Source: Bilabrum cf. latius (Eukaryota). Taken from it: 64,000 bases of DNA. Positions 39,201 through 50,646 of this stretch are shown piece after piece. Each line of letters opens with the position of its first letter. Position 1 is the first letter of the stretch. Position numbers and translations under genes: made by a program. Below the pieces are notes generated by a model. It was not told the DNA's origin and ran no database searches. It worked only from the letters and a program-made list of their open reading frames with translations. Location of the stretch: the NCBI GenBank assembly GCA_965178125.1, contig OZ237742.1, positions 558,001-622,000 on the forward strand. The letters are read 5' to 3'.

Positions 39201-42200
39201 TCGGAGGCGTTATTATGGGCACGGTGGGAACGCAGGGCTAGGCCTGGGACGTTTACGGACAAGGAATATCAGAGGCAACTGCGCTGGCAGCCAACACAGC
39301 GACGCTCGTGTCGCCGGGAAAGTGCAGCGTGGCTCTATCGGCAGCAGCCATGTAGCAGGCTGTTGTGGACGGTGAAGAACTAGCCCGATTCATGCGCATT
39401 AAAATTGCTCGAGCCAGCGCATTCGAGTCTCCTGACAGCGCAACATCAGTGTCTCGGGGTGCTTCCGGTTCGCTCGCTCTTGCCGGAGCGGTTGGCTCGT
39501 CCGTGCGGGGCGGTGCTAGTGGCTCCGCGTTATCTCGGAAGGGATCCCACGGGAGCAACACGGACAAGCAGAAAAGTCGGAAGAAATTAGTTGCTTTAAG
39601 AACGACCAGGCGTGATGGTAACGCAGTTGGCAAGCCTCCCTCGCCGCAGCACAGAGGGCTGCCTGGCCAAGTGCAGCACCGTAGCACGGATAGAGCAGAC
39701 GCGCGGCATCCTGATGCCACAAAGAGCATTGACGTTGGTGGGGATACCGACCAGGAAACGTCCCAGCAGGAAGCACGAAGCCCAAAGAATGAATAGGATA
39801 CCTCCAAGCACCAGTCTGCGGAAGATGGCGAAAGCAACGACGAGGACGGCAGTTCGTCGGGGAGCGATGATTCAAGCACCTCAGGCAGCAGCAGTGGCAG
39901 CGGCAGCAGTAGCGGTTCATCTTCATCGTCGTCGAGCTCTATGGACTCGTCAACGTCAGGGACCTGGCGCAAGAGCGCGAGAACATACAGGTCTGACGCA
40001 GACTCTGAGGCTACCGACGAGGTGCACTTACTGGTGTAGAGCTCGAGACTCAAGATTAGAGGCATTGGCAGTGAGTGGAGCCCATGGTTGCACAACTACC
40101 TTACAAGTCTGGCGTACGCAAGTAGTAAGCAGGTGCAGAAGATTGCGGGAGCGCTGTAGCCTAGGGACGCAAGGGGGAAACTCCTTAAGAACGACCAGCT
40201 GGACCGGCTCAAGCAAAGGTCTTCGGGTGATCCTGAGCCTATGAGCCCCACAGAGATTGCTGAGACCATCCAGTGGCTCTTCGGACAGCGAAAGCGGCTC
40301 AAAAATCCCGTAAGCACTTCGGGTCTTGCGCTTAGGTTGGGGGCAGAGCACTCCGTGGACGACTCTGCTGCAGTTGCTAGCGGCGCAACGGCTGGACAGG
40401 TTCGAGACAGTGCGTCCATGCCTGCAGTCAGCTCCTTGGCGGGCCCAGCTGGAGGTTCAATGTCATCTGTGGCCATTCAGCGACGGGCTATCGCTGCACA
40501 GAAGAGGCACACCCACTGGGCTGGCACATGCCTCGCGAGACTAAAGAAGCTACGACTTCTCGGCGCCGGGGCGTTCGGACGAGTCTTTATGGTTGTGGAC
40601 ACGATTAGTGGAGCGGCCGGTGCCTTAAAGCTGTTTCAGAAGAAGCAAACACTTCGTGATGAGATCCGGTCGGAGGTGACTGCACTGGCGGCCCTCCCAA
40701 GGCATCCAGGTGTCATGCGGCTGGCCGTCTGTCTCGCCATGACTGACCGGATGGCCATTGTCACAGAGTTTATCGACGGCACCACCCTTTCGAATGTGGT
40801 GGCGAACGGCAAGCGACTTCGCGACGACACAATGAAGATTGTCCTTGCCCAGCTCGTCTGCGCCATCGGGGTATGCCACCAGGGCGGCATCCTTCACAGG
40901 GATATCAAGCCCGGCAACATCATGGTTGAAGCATCTTCTGGTGCCGTCAAGCTGATCGATTTCGGTCTCAGTGTCGAAATGAAGGCGCAAGATGGCAAGA
41001 GGCGGCGCAAACGCAGCAACACGGGCAATTTGCAGGACGTCCGCGATGCATAGGGGCGCGTGGTTCTTCGGAAGTAGTCTACCATGGAGAGAGCCAAAGA
41101 CCAGTACGGTGAGGATCTGCCGGCAGATCTGGTCCTGTTCCAGAGCCATACGCGATAGACGCAGTCTAACGCCACCATCAAGCAGTTGAGTGCTGTCAGC
41201 CCGTGCATGACCCTATAGCAAGCCCACCAGCGAATGGCACAGCTTATGATTCCTCCCGCTCTAGAGGATGCGACCGACTCGACCTCTACTGCGCCTGCTG
41301 ATCAGCCGTCGCACCAGTCTCAGTCGACCAAGAGTACCGGCCGATTCCAAGGGCCTGGCGCGTCGGTGGCAGCGAGCGATCGTACAGCAGCATCGGTGTC
41401 CCACTTGCTTCAGACTAGCCGTCACGACGCTCCGATGAACTCCTGCGTACGCTCGTTGCCTGACGGTACACGCTTAGTAACAGCACTGTCTATGCTTGTG
41501 TTCGACCAAAGTCTGGCAGATCCAAGGCAACTGGAGAGTCTGCGCAAGGCCGGAAAGAAGCAAATGCGCGAGACATCATCGTCTTCCGTGGGTTAGACGA
41601 CATCGGAGAGGCAAGACAGCGGCTCAGGATCAACTTCCAATTCGTCAGGGATGGGATTCTCCGTGTCAGAACCGAACCGCCGGTCCTTAACTGGGAGGTA
41701 TAGCCTCAGTGAGGAGGGCGGCCGGGTCGCATCGGCATCGACGACAGACGCTGGTGCTGTTGGGATCGATTCTGCCGCGGCCGGGGGAGACGAGCCTAGC
41801 AGCAGGATGGAATCCATGACTACGGACGAGGTGCTGGCCAAGCGGTACGTCCGCTAGATAGAGCAGGACCCGAGCTTGATCCAGATGAAATCGATTGACA
41901 AGCCTGGACGCTCTGAATTGGAGGGCCTATGCGACATTTTCGACATTGTTGACGAAGATGATCGCATCGTGCCTTCGCTGGTGTGGACGCCCGCGCAGCT
42001 CAAGAGCGCGCTGGCGAATGATTCATCCATGTTTGATACCGTGCTCATCACTGACGTGGCTGACGTTGAAACAGCCATCGGTGTGCTAATCATCATCGCC
42101 AACATCATGCCAAGCGCGGTCAGCAAAGACACTGCTGATATTCTGGCTGCAGGGACGAGGGCAAAATCAGATCACGGCCAAGGCCGCCGTGGCTCACTAG

Positions 42201-45200
42201 GCACTGATGGGAGCGGGAGTGACTACGGCTCGGGCAGCAGTGCAAGTGGTATGCTTCCGGGTGAATCCGCAGCTACTGACGTCTCTGTTCTCGTGCCTCG
42301 CGTTGTGATGGTGTTTGATGAGCGGCTTGACGACAAGGCGTGCCACAAGATCCGGAAGCGGGTCAACGCTGTGTGCGAAGGCATTGTAATGCTAAAGTTA
42401 GAGCAGACGGTGAGGGATCTCTACGGCTACGTGGTGCTGCCTGGCTTTGCACGAGCCGCCAGGTGGCAAGACATGGTGAAGGCGAATGCGGAGGGTGGAG
42501 GGGGCTTTGAGGAGGAGACTGGTGCCGCTGGTACGTCGTCATCAGCGAGACGCAAGGGGCGACAGCCGTCGGACGTATCCGCTGGTTCTCGAGTGGGAGT
42601 CAACCAGATCGCTAGTCCGCTCAGCCATGCAGGAACATCAACCTAGACCTCTGACCTCAGATCAACCAGTGGGGCACAGGGCAGGGATGGCCAGAAGAGC
42701 TCCGGTGGCTCCTCAGAGTAGCAGGCCACGCATAATGAGGCCAACATGCGTGCTCAAGCCAGCGAGGCACGCCGTCTGCGCGAGGCTTTTGATGCTCCCA
42801 TCCTTGAGCTGCGCAAGGAGTACGCCAAGGGGTTCGCTGGCTCGCCCGCCTTCATCGCTCCGGAGGTGATCAAGGGGGAGAACGTGGGGTATGCTGCCGA
42901 CTGGTACAGTCTAGGCGTGCTTGCCTTCCGTGTGTACGCCGGCCGGCTGCCATACGAAGGCTCCACGACTGACGAGGTGCTAATCAACGGCAGAGACGGT
43001 CGCGTGAACTGGCAGCTCCTCCCGAGGCGCGAGAACCCCGAGCTGCTGGACCTAATCGTGGGCTTGTTGGAGAACGACCCCAACAAGAGGTACGGCTCCC
43101 GAGCGGGTGCCCTGCACCTCATGCGGCATCCGTACTTCTACGGCGTTAATTGGGACGAAATCTATGCGCAGCACAGTCCCCTGGTTGACCAGGAAGCCGC
43201 AACGATCGCTGAGCCCCCAGAACGCTTCACAGACGCCATGTCGGCGGTGTAGATGATCCGATACTCCCGAGGAACTGTGTCCAGCTTCCCGCTAGGTCCC
43301 AGGCAGCACCGCATTGGCGGTTGGAAAGGCATGCCCCAGCAGCAGCACTTTGGCAACAACGCGGCTGCGCAGGGCAGTGGCTTTGTTGGTGGTGCAGCGC
43401 AGGGCCAGGACGAGAATTCAACAAGGCCGCCATCTGAGGTGCTGCCGCCTGCAACTGGTGGTCCTGGCCACCAAGAAGATGCTGGCGACTCTGCCACGAT
43501 GTCTAAGGCTGACACTGTGATTGGTGCGGCAGGATACGAAGAAGTTGGTGCCGGAGGAACGACGCCAAGGACGTCTGTGGCGGGTGCCGATTCAAAGACG
43601 CCAGGCAAGCCCCGACGCGAGCTGTCATAGGACTAGCGTGCAGCGCAGAGCGTGCTAGATTGGATCAAGTCGCCGTAGATGTAGGGGCCAGCTACGTCGG
43701 CTGCTGTGCGAGAAAGTATGAGCAGCCGTGCAGGTGGGCCCTCCATGTCTGCGATGACCACACCAAGGTCTGTTGGACACCAGAGTAGCTCCGACTAGCA
43801 GAAGCAGGGTCCGCCTGTGGAGGGCACTAGCTCCCCGCAGGCCGGCACGGACGCCAAGACGACTCAGGACCAGTCCGCTGCCACTGCCGCGTCAGGCTCG
43901 GAGGCAAGGCCCGGAGTCGCAACCGATGCAGCAGAAGCGGGTGCACCAAGAGCCGCTGGTGGTGGCTTGCACAAGACCAGTTTTGGTCTCCTGCCGGTCC
44001 TTGAAGAAGAGGGGAGCGAGGATTCGCCACGCGACCTCAAGACGCTCGCCCGTGATGCCAAGAACAAGCGACCAGACCAGTCTGCTGGGGCAACCGGGTC
44101 GCAGGCTAAGCTCTCGTTGCGCGGCGCATCTATGCGGCGCGGGGAGGCCCGCTGGACTGGAAGCATGTCCCGGGGCGGCGGTTCCAAGCGCAGCTTGCGC
44201 TTGCTACAGTCATTACACGGGGGATCGAAAGCCGCCGAGGAGCTGGGCTCGACTCGCGTGGAATTCGACAGGCGCCTGGGGCGAATCCAGGCCAAGGCCG
44301 GGAGTGGCGGAGGTGGCGCGATCGGCACCTCGAGCGCTAGGAGCAGATCCAAGTCTCGAGGACGCAAGTCAGGCAAGAAGCACAAGAAGGGCAAAGGGAG
44401 CTCCTCCGCGTCTTCGCGTGGACGGAGCCTTGGATCAGAAGCCAGGGCTCCAGGCCCCGACCTGGACAAGAGCACGAGCTTAAAGAGCGACAAGAAGAGC
44501 AAGAAGTCGAAGAGCAGCAAGAGTCGGAGCTCGAGTCGCAGTCGCAACAGGTCGTCGCGCTCTAGGGGTGGTGGCTCGGCAGCGGCGCGGAGCATCAACC
44601 ACGAGCAAGCTGGCTCCGTTAGCTATGCCGCGGCGATGCATGCATCTGTGGGGGGAGGCGGTTCCTTCGACGAGATGCCTGCTGGGACCCTGCACCACAT
44701 GGAAACCATGCTTCGAGACCAGGAGGCGGGCCAGTAGGCGGCTCGTTCTCTAGCTGCAATGCATGGCGGCGTCGATCTGACCGAAGGAGGCCGGTCCACG
44801 GCCTCCTCTGCCAGCCGCAGCAGCCGCCGAGGGCAAAAAAAGAGCAAGAAGAGCAAGAAAGGGAAGTCTTCAAGCAAGAGTCGATCTCGCGCGGCCCCTG
44901 GCGTGAGTCTCGCAGGCGAGGATGCTCGGTTGCCGAGCTCCGGCGAGGAGAGTGGGGCGGCGGCTCGCGTGGGCGAGCGCATGGCGAGGAGGCTCGGTGA
45001 GGAGCCCAGCCGGGCAGCGCGCGAGGTGGACAAGGTGATCGGAGATGCGCTGCGGAAGGGTAAGATTCGATCCGTGGCCATGGCTCGATCGGTGCACGGG
45101 CATTCCGTGGCAGCCAGCGGTGCCTACTTCCACAGCGCGGCCGGGTCACGTGCTGGCGGCAGGGGCGCATCTCTGCGCGAGGGGTCCTCCAAGAAGAGTA

Positions 45201-45280
45201 AGAAGAGCAAGAAGAGTAAGAAGAGCAAGTCGCATCGTTCCAGGAGGGAAGATTTCGCGAACGAAGACGACCTTCTTTGA
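33227..45280 (+). CDS. Giant (~3,980 aa) multi-TM protein with two degenerate class III nucleotide-cyclase-like domains and a split AGC-type Ser/Thr kinase; intron 33420-33530
   Basis: 16 ORF-track fragments from 33692 to 45280 lie in one frame; 15 end in TAG and the last ends in TGA. Two hydrophobic TM blocks are each followed by cyclase-like segments (LGAGIAIG..WSVFGD..PGVRIS; AVHFGGVIMGTVG..WDVYG). Kinase motifs: LGAGAFGRV, ALK, HRDIKPGN, DFG (40958), then GSPAFIAPE (APE at 42857), DWYSLG, HPYFYGVNW. Confidence 0.85.
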
Positions 45281-45697
45281 TTTGTTCATGGTGCATGGCG
45301 GTACTCTTGGTTGGACGATCGAGGTGAGGGGATTCCTCAGGGGAATCGGTGGTGGGCCACTGTGGTGGCCTCTGGTGATCACGAATCTATGTGAAAACTC
45401 ATGTGTCGTTGTGTATATCATTTTCTAGCAAAAAAAAGTTGACGGACCATGTGGATGTGCCAAAGCGGTGACTGCAGTGGCTCAACGGCTCTCGTCACGG
45501 TAGCTCGCATGCGACGACCAGGGCTGCGCGGCTATACGATCTATGCCGACGCCAGACTCAACATCAAAGACTGGTGCATTTTTCTCGTCTCAAATGCACC
45601 TGCGAGCGATCGGGACCACAGTTTGATCCGATCCATCGACCCACCGGATCTGCACGCTACATTTGCAAGGTTAGGTTTTTGGGATGACATCCCAAAG

Positions 45698-47175
45698 ATG
45701 ATGCAATCCCTGTTGCTTTTATCTTGCTTATTGTCTTTAGGGGCAAATGCGTGTGGCATACATGGTCATAGCCATGCTGGAGAAGACCATGGCGCGCATG
45801 GTGATGCTGCAGATGTAGCAACTGCAGTTCGGCACCCTACAACAGCAATCGTCCTCACCACGATCAGTGGAATGTCAGCTGTTCTTGGTAAGGCTCCCAA
45901 TACGTTCCTGCTCATTTCTTATCTCAGGCTTGCGAAGTTTGATCCGCTGAAGTTCACCCTCAAGCTGTGCGCAGGAGGGCTTGTCGTTGTTATTGTCGGC
46001 GTTCCCAGCAAGGTGGTGCTTGGGCACTTGTTAAGTTTTGCTGCAGGAGTAATGCTCTATGTCTCTTATGCTGATATGCTGCCGGAGGCGATGAAGACTA
46101 CCGGCTGGCAGGCAGGCTTTTGGGTGAGTTTCACTTCACGACTGCGATCTGTCCCCTTAGCTTCTGCTGTTAATCGAGTTGAAACCAATGAACAGTCCCG
46201 TTTTGATCATCTCCGACGCAGTTTTTTGCTGGGGCGGTTGGTTTTATGGGTCTTTCGACAATGCTGCCGGAGCTAGAGGTATCTGATTTCATCCAGGAGA
46301 CAAAGATGTCGGAGGGCAACAGCCACGGCCGGCGAGCCCGCGTCGGCCCTGCCGTCGCTCAATTAGCTAATAACGATGAAGGTGGCATTGATTTGGAAAT
46401 CAACGGAAAATAGTCCGACGGAGAATCTCCGAGCAAGGATGGGAGCGGCCAGATTCGTTAGCGGCGGCCGAGGAGCGGCAGCCGCTCAACCGGTCGCAGG
46501 GCCCCGAAGAGCGAAGACACCAGAATCGCTGAAAACGTGGAAGGAAGCAATGACGCAAAATCAGACGTGTTAGCTGCGAACATCGGTGGGATGACTTTGG
46601 CAGAGCGAAGGAGGGCCATGGTGACGGGGTTGTTGGCCGCAGTAGGGGTGGCTTTGCATAATTTACCAGAGGGGCTCATCGTGTACACCCAGGCCATCCC
46701 GGGAATCTGCTCCCAAGGGGCAGACGGTGGAGTTGGAGACGGGGCGCCGGCTGAGATCGGTTGGGGTGAAGTCTTCCTGGAGGGCGGTATGCACCGCGTG
46801 CTGCAGCAGTGCATGTCGAGGGGAGTTGCGATCACGCTCGCCATTGCTCTGCACAACATTCCGGAGGGGATGGCGGTGGCTTCGCCCATCTTGGCGAGCA
46901 CGGGGAGCGCCTGGGAGGCCATGAAATGGACGGTGATCACGTCCATCTTCGAGCCCGCAGCTGCGATCCTGTTCGGGTGGGCCTTCGAAGCGCAGCTGTC
47001 CCCATGGGTGGCTGCAAACATTAGCGCGGCGGTGGCAGGAATCATGGTGGTCCTTTGCGTTCAGGAGCTGGTTCCCTCTGCAGCAGAGAACGTCAACAAC
47101 GCCAGGGCGGTGGCGCTGTCGAACCTTGCGGGCCAGGGCCTAATGTGGGCCAGCCTGACGTTCTTGGTGGCTTGA
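45698..47175 (+). CDS. ZIP (ZupT/GufA-like) zinc/metal transporter with signal peptide and His-rich N-terminus; introns 45888-45974 and 46124-46221
   Basis: Motifs: HGHSHAGEDHGAH, LLSFAAGVMLYVSY, ALHNLPEG, AIALHNIPEGMAVA, AAVAGIMV..ELVP. Two in-frame TAGs lie in the variable loop (~46411, ~46459). Stop is TGA. Confidence 0.88.
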
Positions 47176-47385
47176 GATCCACAGCTGTTTTTGCGGCGGA
47201 GGCGCGGGGTTCTAAGTGCGGATGGAGGCTTTGTTATTCGATTTTGTGGTGCTTGTTTGCCAACCAGTTCTTTCATTGCCATGACATGCATAATCTTGGC
47301 GAAGCGCCACGCAATTGCACGCGATTCGGGTCGTCCCAAGCGCGCGCATCGAGGCGCAATGCCCTCTATTGCACCCAGCCGGGAG

Positions 47386-50300
47386 TCACAGCCACGGCTG
47401 GTCCATTCGGCTCATCGCGTAGGTGCTCACTGCAAGGCCGAGCCGCCTGCCAGTGCCAGGCCCCGACGCAGCGTCATCGTCGTGGTCGATCTCAGGGCCG
47501 TCCGAGGAGTTCTCGTTTCCGAAGAGTCCGCCCAGAGCAAGGACCGAGAAGGTGCACAGCACAATGCCGACTAGCAGGAGAAGTCGGGCGCAGATGATGC
47601 TGCTCCACCAGCCCCCGTACGGGGTCTCAGGCAGCTGGTCAGGTGGCATGACCCTAGAGGCCTCGGAGAAGGCGCGAGGCACGGCAGCCTCGAGCGGGTT
47701 GGCCCCGGGAGGGGCGGCCATGCGACCGTGCAATGGTTTTGCTAGGGGAATCCACTCCAGGACATCGTCGGGATCGGCAAGTCGGCTGCTGCCATTCGCA
47801 TGGTTGCTGCCGTCCTCCTCCGCTTCGAGCTCAACACCGGAGACGCTAGCACCGTCGGCGATGCTACCAGAGTGCCGGGCGACGCTCAAGCTGTCCTCGT
47901 TCTCGTCGTCGCCATCCTCGTCCTGCCCCCTCCCAACCGAGTCGCGCAGCGCGCCAGCACCGACAAGGCCGTTGCTGCTGCCGCCAAGCAGCGACTTGCC
48001 ATCGGTCCCTTGCGAAGACGTGGAGGAGCTGCGCCTGTGGGACCCCTTCACGACCGCCTTCCGATTGTCGGAGTGTTTCGCAGAGAGACCCAGCCCAACG
48101 GCCCAGAGGAGCTGCACGCAGCACGCTTCGCCCGCCGAGTTGCGCTACGAGGCGGGCTCCAGGGGCACCCATCCCAGCGATTGCTCTGCAGAGTTGCCGA
48201 ACATCCAACGCACGCAGCCGTTGCGCCTGCGCCGCAGCGGCGCCTGAGTGCCCGTCGCATCCAACCCCCCCTGCTGCCTTGCTGGCGAGTCGGCTACAAC
48301 ACCCTAATATCGTCCTACCCCTCCTCCGTGCCCTTCGGGTACATCCTGCCGGAGCAGTCTCTCCTCCCCTACCACTAATGGGCCCGCCTGCACTCCCCTG
48401 GCACTGCCGGCTTGCTCGTCGCACGCCATGCGAATGCAGTTGCAGGCAGACTCGCAGCCAGAGGGACGCGCCCGCCCGCCTGCTTCGCTGGGCATCGCGT
48501 GAAAATCACCGGAATCAGACGCAGCCACCTGACCCCAGGACCCGCACAAGGCCTGGGCGCACCTGATCTTCATCTTCTCCGACAGGCAGCAGCACCACGC
48601 CCCGCCCGACCTCTCCTCCGAGCCCTCCTCCCCAAAGACTCTGGCAGAGCGCCGCAGCGATGCCTCCCACAGCAGCGGGGGAATGACAGTTGCAATGAGA
48701 AGGCCAACGACTCCGCTATAGTCGAGAATCTGCGCCAGGTTGTGGCTCAGGCAGGCACCCACAACTGGAGGCACGCTGGCTAGCAGCCGGAACACGATCA
48801 CAGTGGCTCTGTCGTCGCGCTCCACCTTGGTGCTTCGCTCGCCGAACACAGCGGACAACAGGTTCGATGATAGGGCAACGGCATTGATCGGAAACACCGA
48901 CGACACGTCAAATGCGGGAAAAAACACGACGAGGTACCCCATGGCTGCCCGGATGCCGCGCCCCTCGTACCGGGCCCAGTTCACGTTGGCGCTGTCCTCG
49001 ATGGCGCTGCCGAAATAAAGCGCCAGAATCGATGATGCTAGGCAGTAGAACGATGCCGTAGTGATGTAAGAGTACTTGAAGACGTTGTGTGCGTTGGACT
49101 TGTCAGCCAGCGGCTCCGTCAGCGTGGGAAGCCCGGTGTGGAACAGCTGGCTGTACACCACAATTGGTAGCAAGCGCGCCACGCCACGGAACGTAAACCC
49201 AGTGGTTCCAAAGAAGAAGTAATCCGCGGTGAACTTCTCTGCACCTTTGGCCGTCGTGTCGTTCAGATTCCCAATTGGAGCTGCTCTGCCAGTCCGCTCG
49301 GCCCATGGGACGCCGTCCTCGCCAAAGTCGGCGACGGGGTCCGAGCCCGCCATGGACATGGCCACGGTGAGCACCATGACCGACACGATCAGGATGCGCA
49401 TGCCGGTCATGGCCATCTGGAAGCTCACTTGCTCCTTGATGTCGAACATGGAGATGCAGATCACCAGAGCGCCGAACGAAGCGGTGAAGATCCTGTAGGA
49501 CCACTCCGGGTCATCAATCCCTGGCAGCTGGACGTGGGCCGTGACGGCAAGCCCAAACAGGCTTGCATAGGACCATAGCGCCCCGTAGATGTAGAGGCAC
49601 GCGAGGCAAGTGTACACCATCTGCACGGTTGACCCAAAGTACATGCCGACCAGCTCCGGAAGCTCGTACTTTCGCCACGTCAAAGTGATCTTCCCTTGTG
49701 GAGGGCGGAGTGCAGTATCAAGAACGTGGCTTGGCACTCCTCTAGCGGCCCTGACGGCTTCAGGCGTGACAACAGCCTGAGATCTGGACGCCGCCGAAGC
49801 GAACGAAGACGTGGATGCAGCGCCCCCTTCTTCAGCGGAGCGGCTCGCACCAGGAGCTATTTCTAGGCTTGCGTCCTCTTGCATCGAATCCATGGCCCGC
49901 AAAACCCCAGCAATCATGAGCTGCCTGCGCTCAACAGCGTCCGTTCGCGCAATAGCATCAAGCAGCATGGTGCACGTCATGTACAAAGCAGAAGTCGCCA
50001 AAAGAAGCAAGACGATGCCAGTGCCTACACCGGCTTGTTCCATGCCCCATGGAATGGCAAGAAAGCCAGATCCCATCACAAAGTTTATGGTAAAGCTCAT
50101 GCCGGCAGCGAGTCCCACGCCTTGGTGGCCCTCGGCTCCAGATCCACCAGAACCAGAACCACTTGAATCCGCGGATGATGTTCCAGTGGCGGCATGATCA
50201 TGGTATTTCGATATCCGGGAAACCATTGGGGTTTCGGTCCGCCCGATGGCGCTGTCGTCGCTTCCATCGCTTGCGCTGCTTGCGCCGTTGCCTACAGCAG

Positions 50301-50484
50301 CCATTAGATCCGCAAGCGGGCCTGGACTACCCGATATATCTCTGTTTTCACCTGGGGCAGAACCAGTTGATGCTCCTGGCGTCGTTCCGTATCCAGAAGA
50401 TGGCCTTTCTGAGGATGTGTCTTCGGCCAAGAGGCTGCTTGCACTGGAGTGCCTCCGATTCGAGCCTCCGCCCGCTACTTCCAT
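47386..50484 (-). CDS. Amino-acid transporter (Aa_trans/AAAP family, TMEM104-like) with a C-terminal extension
   Basis: Motifs FTINFVMGSGFLAIPW, KYELPEL, YIYGALWSY and VYSQLFHTGLP, plus many TM segments. ORF 48304..50487 ends in TAG and continues in frame through TAG 48145 into ORF 47386..48117, which ends in TGA. Confidence 0.85.
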
Positions 50485-50646
50485 CAACGATTAAGGATTT
50501 AGTCTGCACAAGAGAGCGCAGACGGTTGGGATTGGAAGGCGTTTGTACTTGCACTACACCACACAAGATTTGCGGTTCGATCGGATCACTCCAGCAGTCA
50601 TAATCGGCATCATGATCGTATCAAGGGCAACGCACAGTTCACCGGG

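Noticed and set aside
45191-45230. AAGAAGAGY tandem repeats (and the CTG run at 51691-51714) as non-coding arrays or CRISPR
   Set aside because: They are coding low-complexity tracts (KKS repeats, poly-Q) with no spacers.
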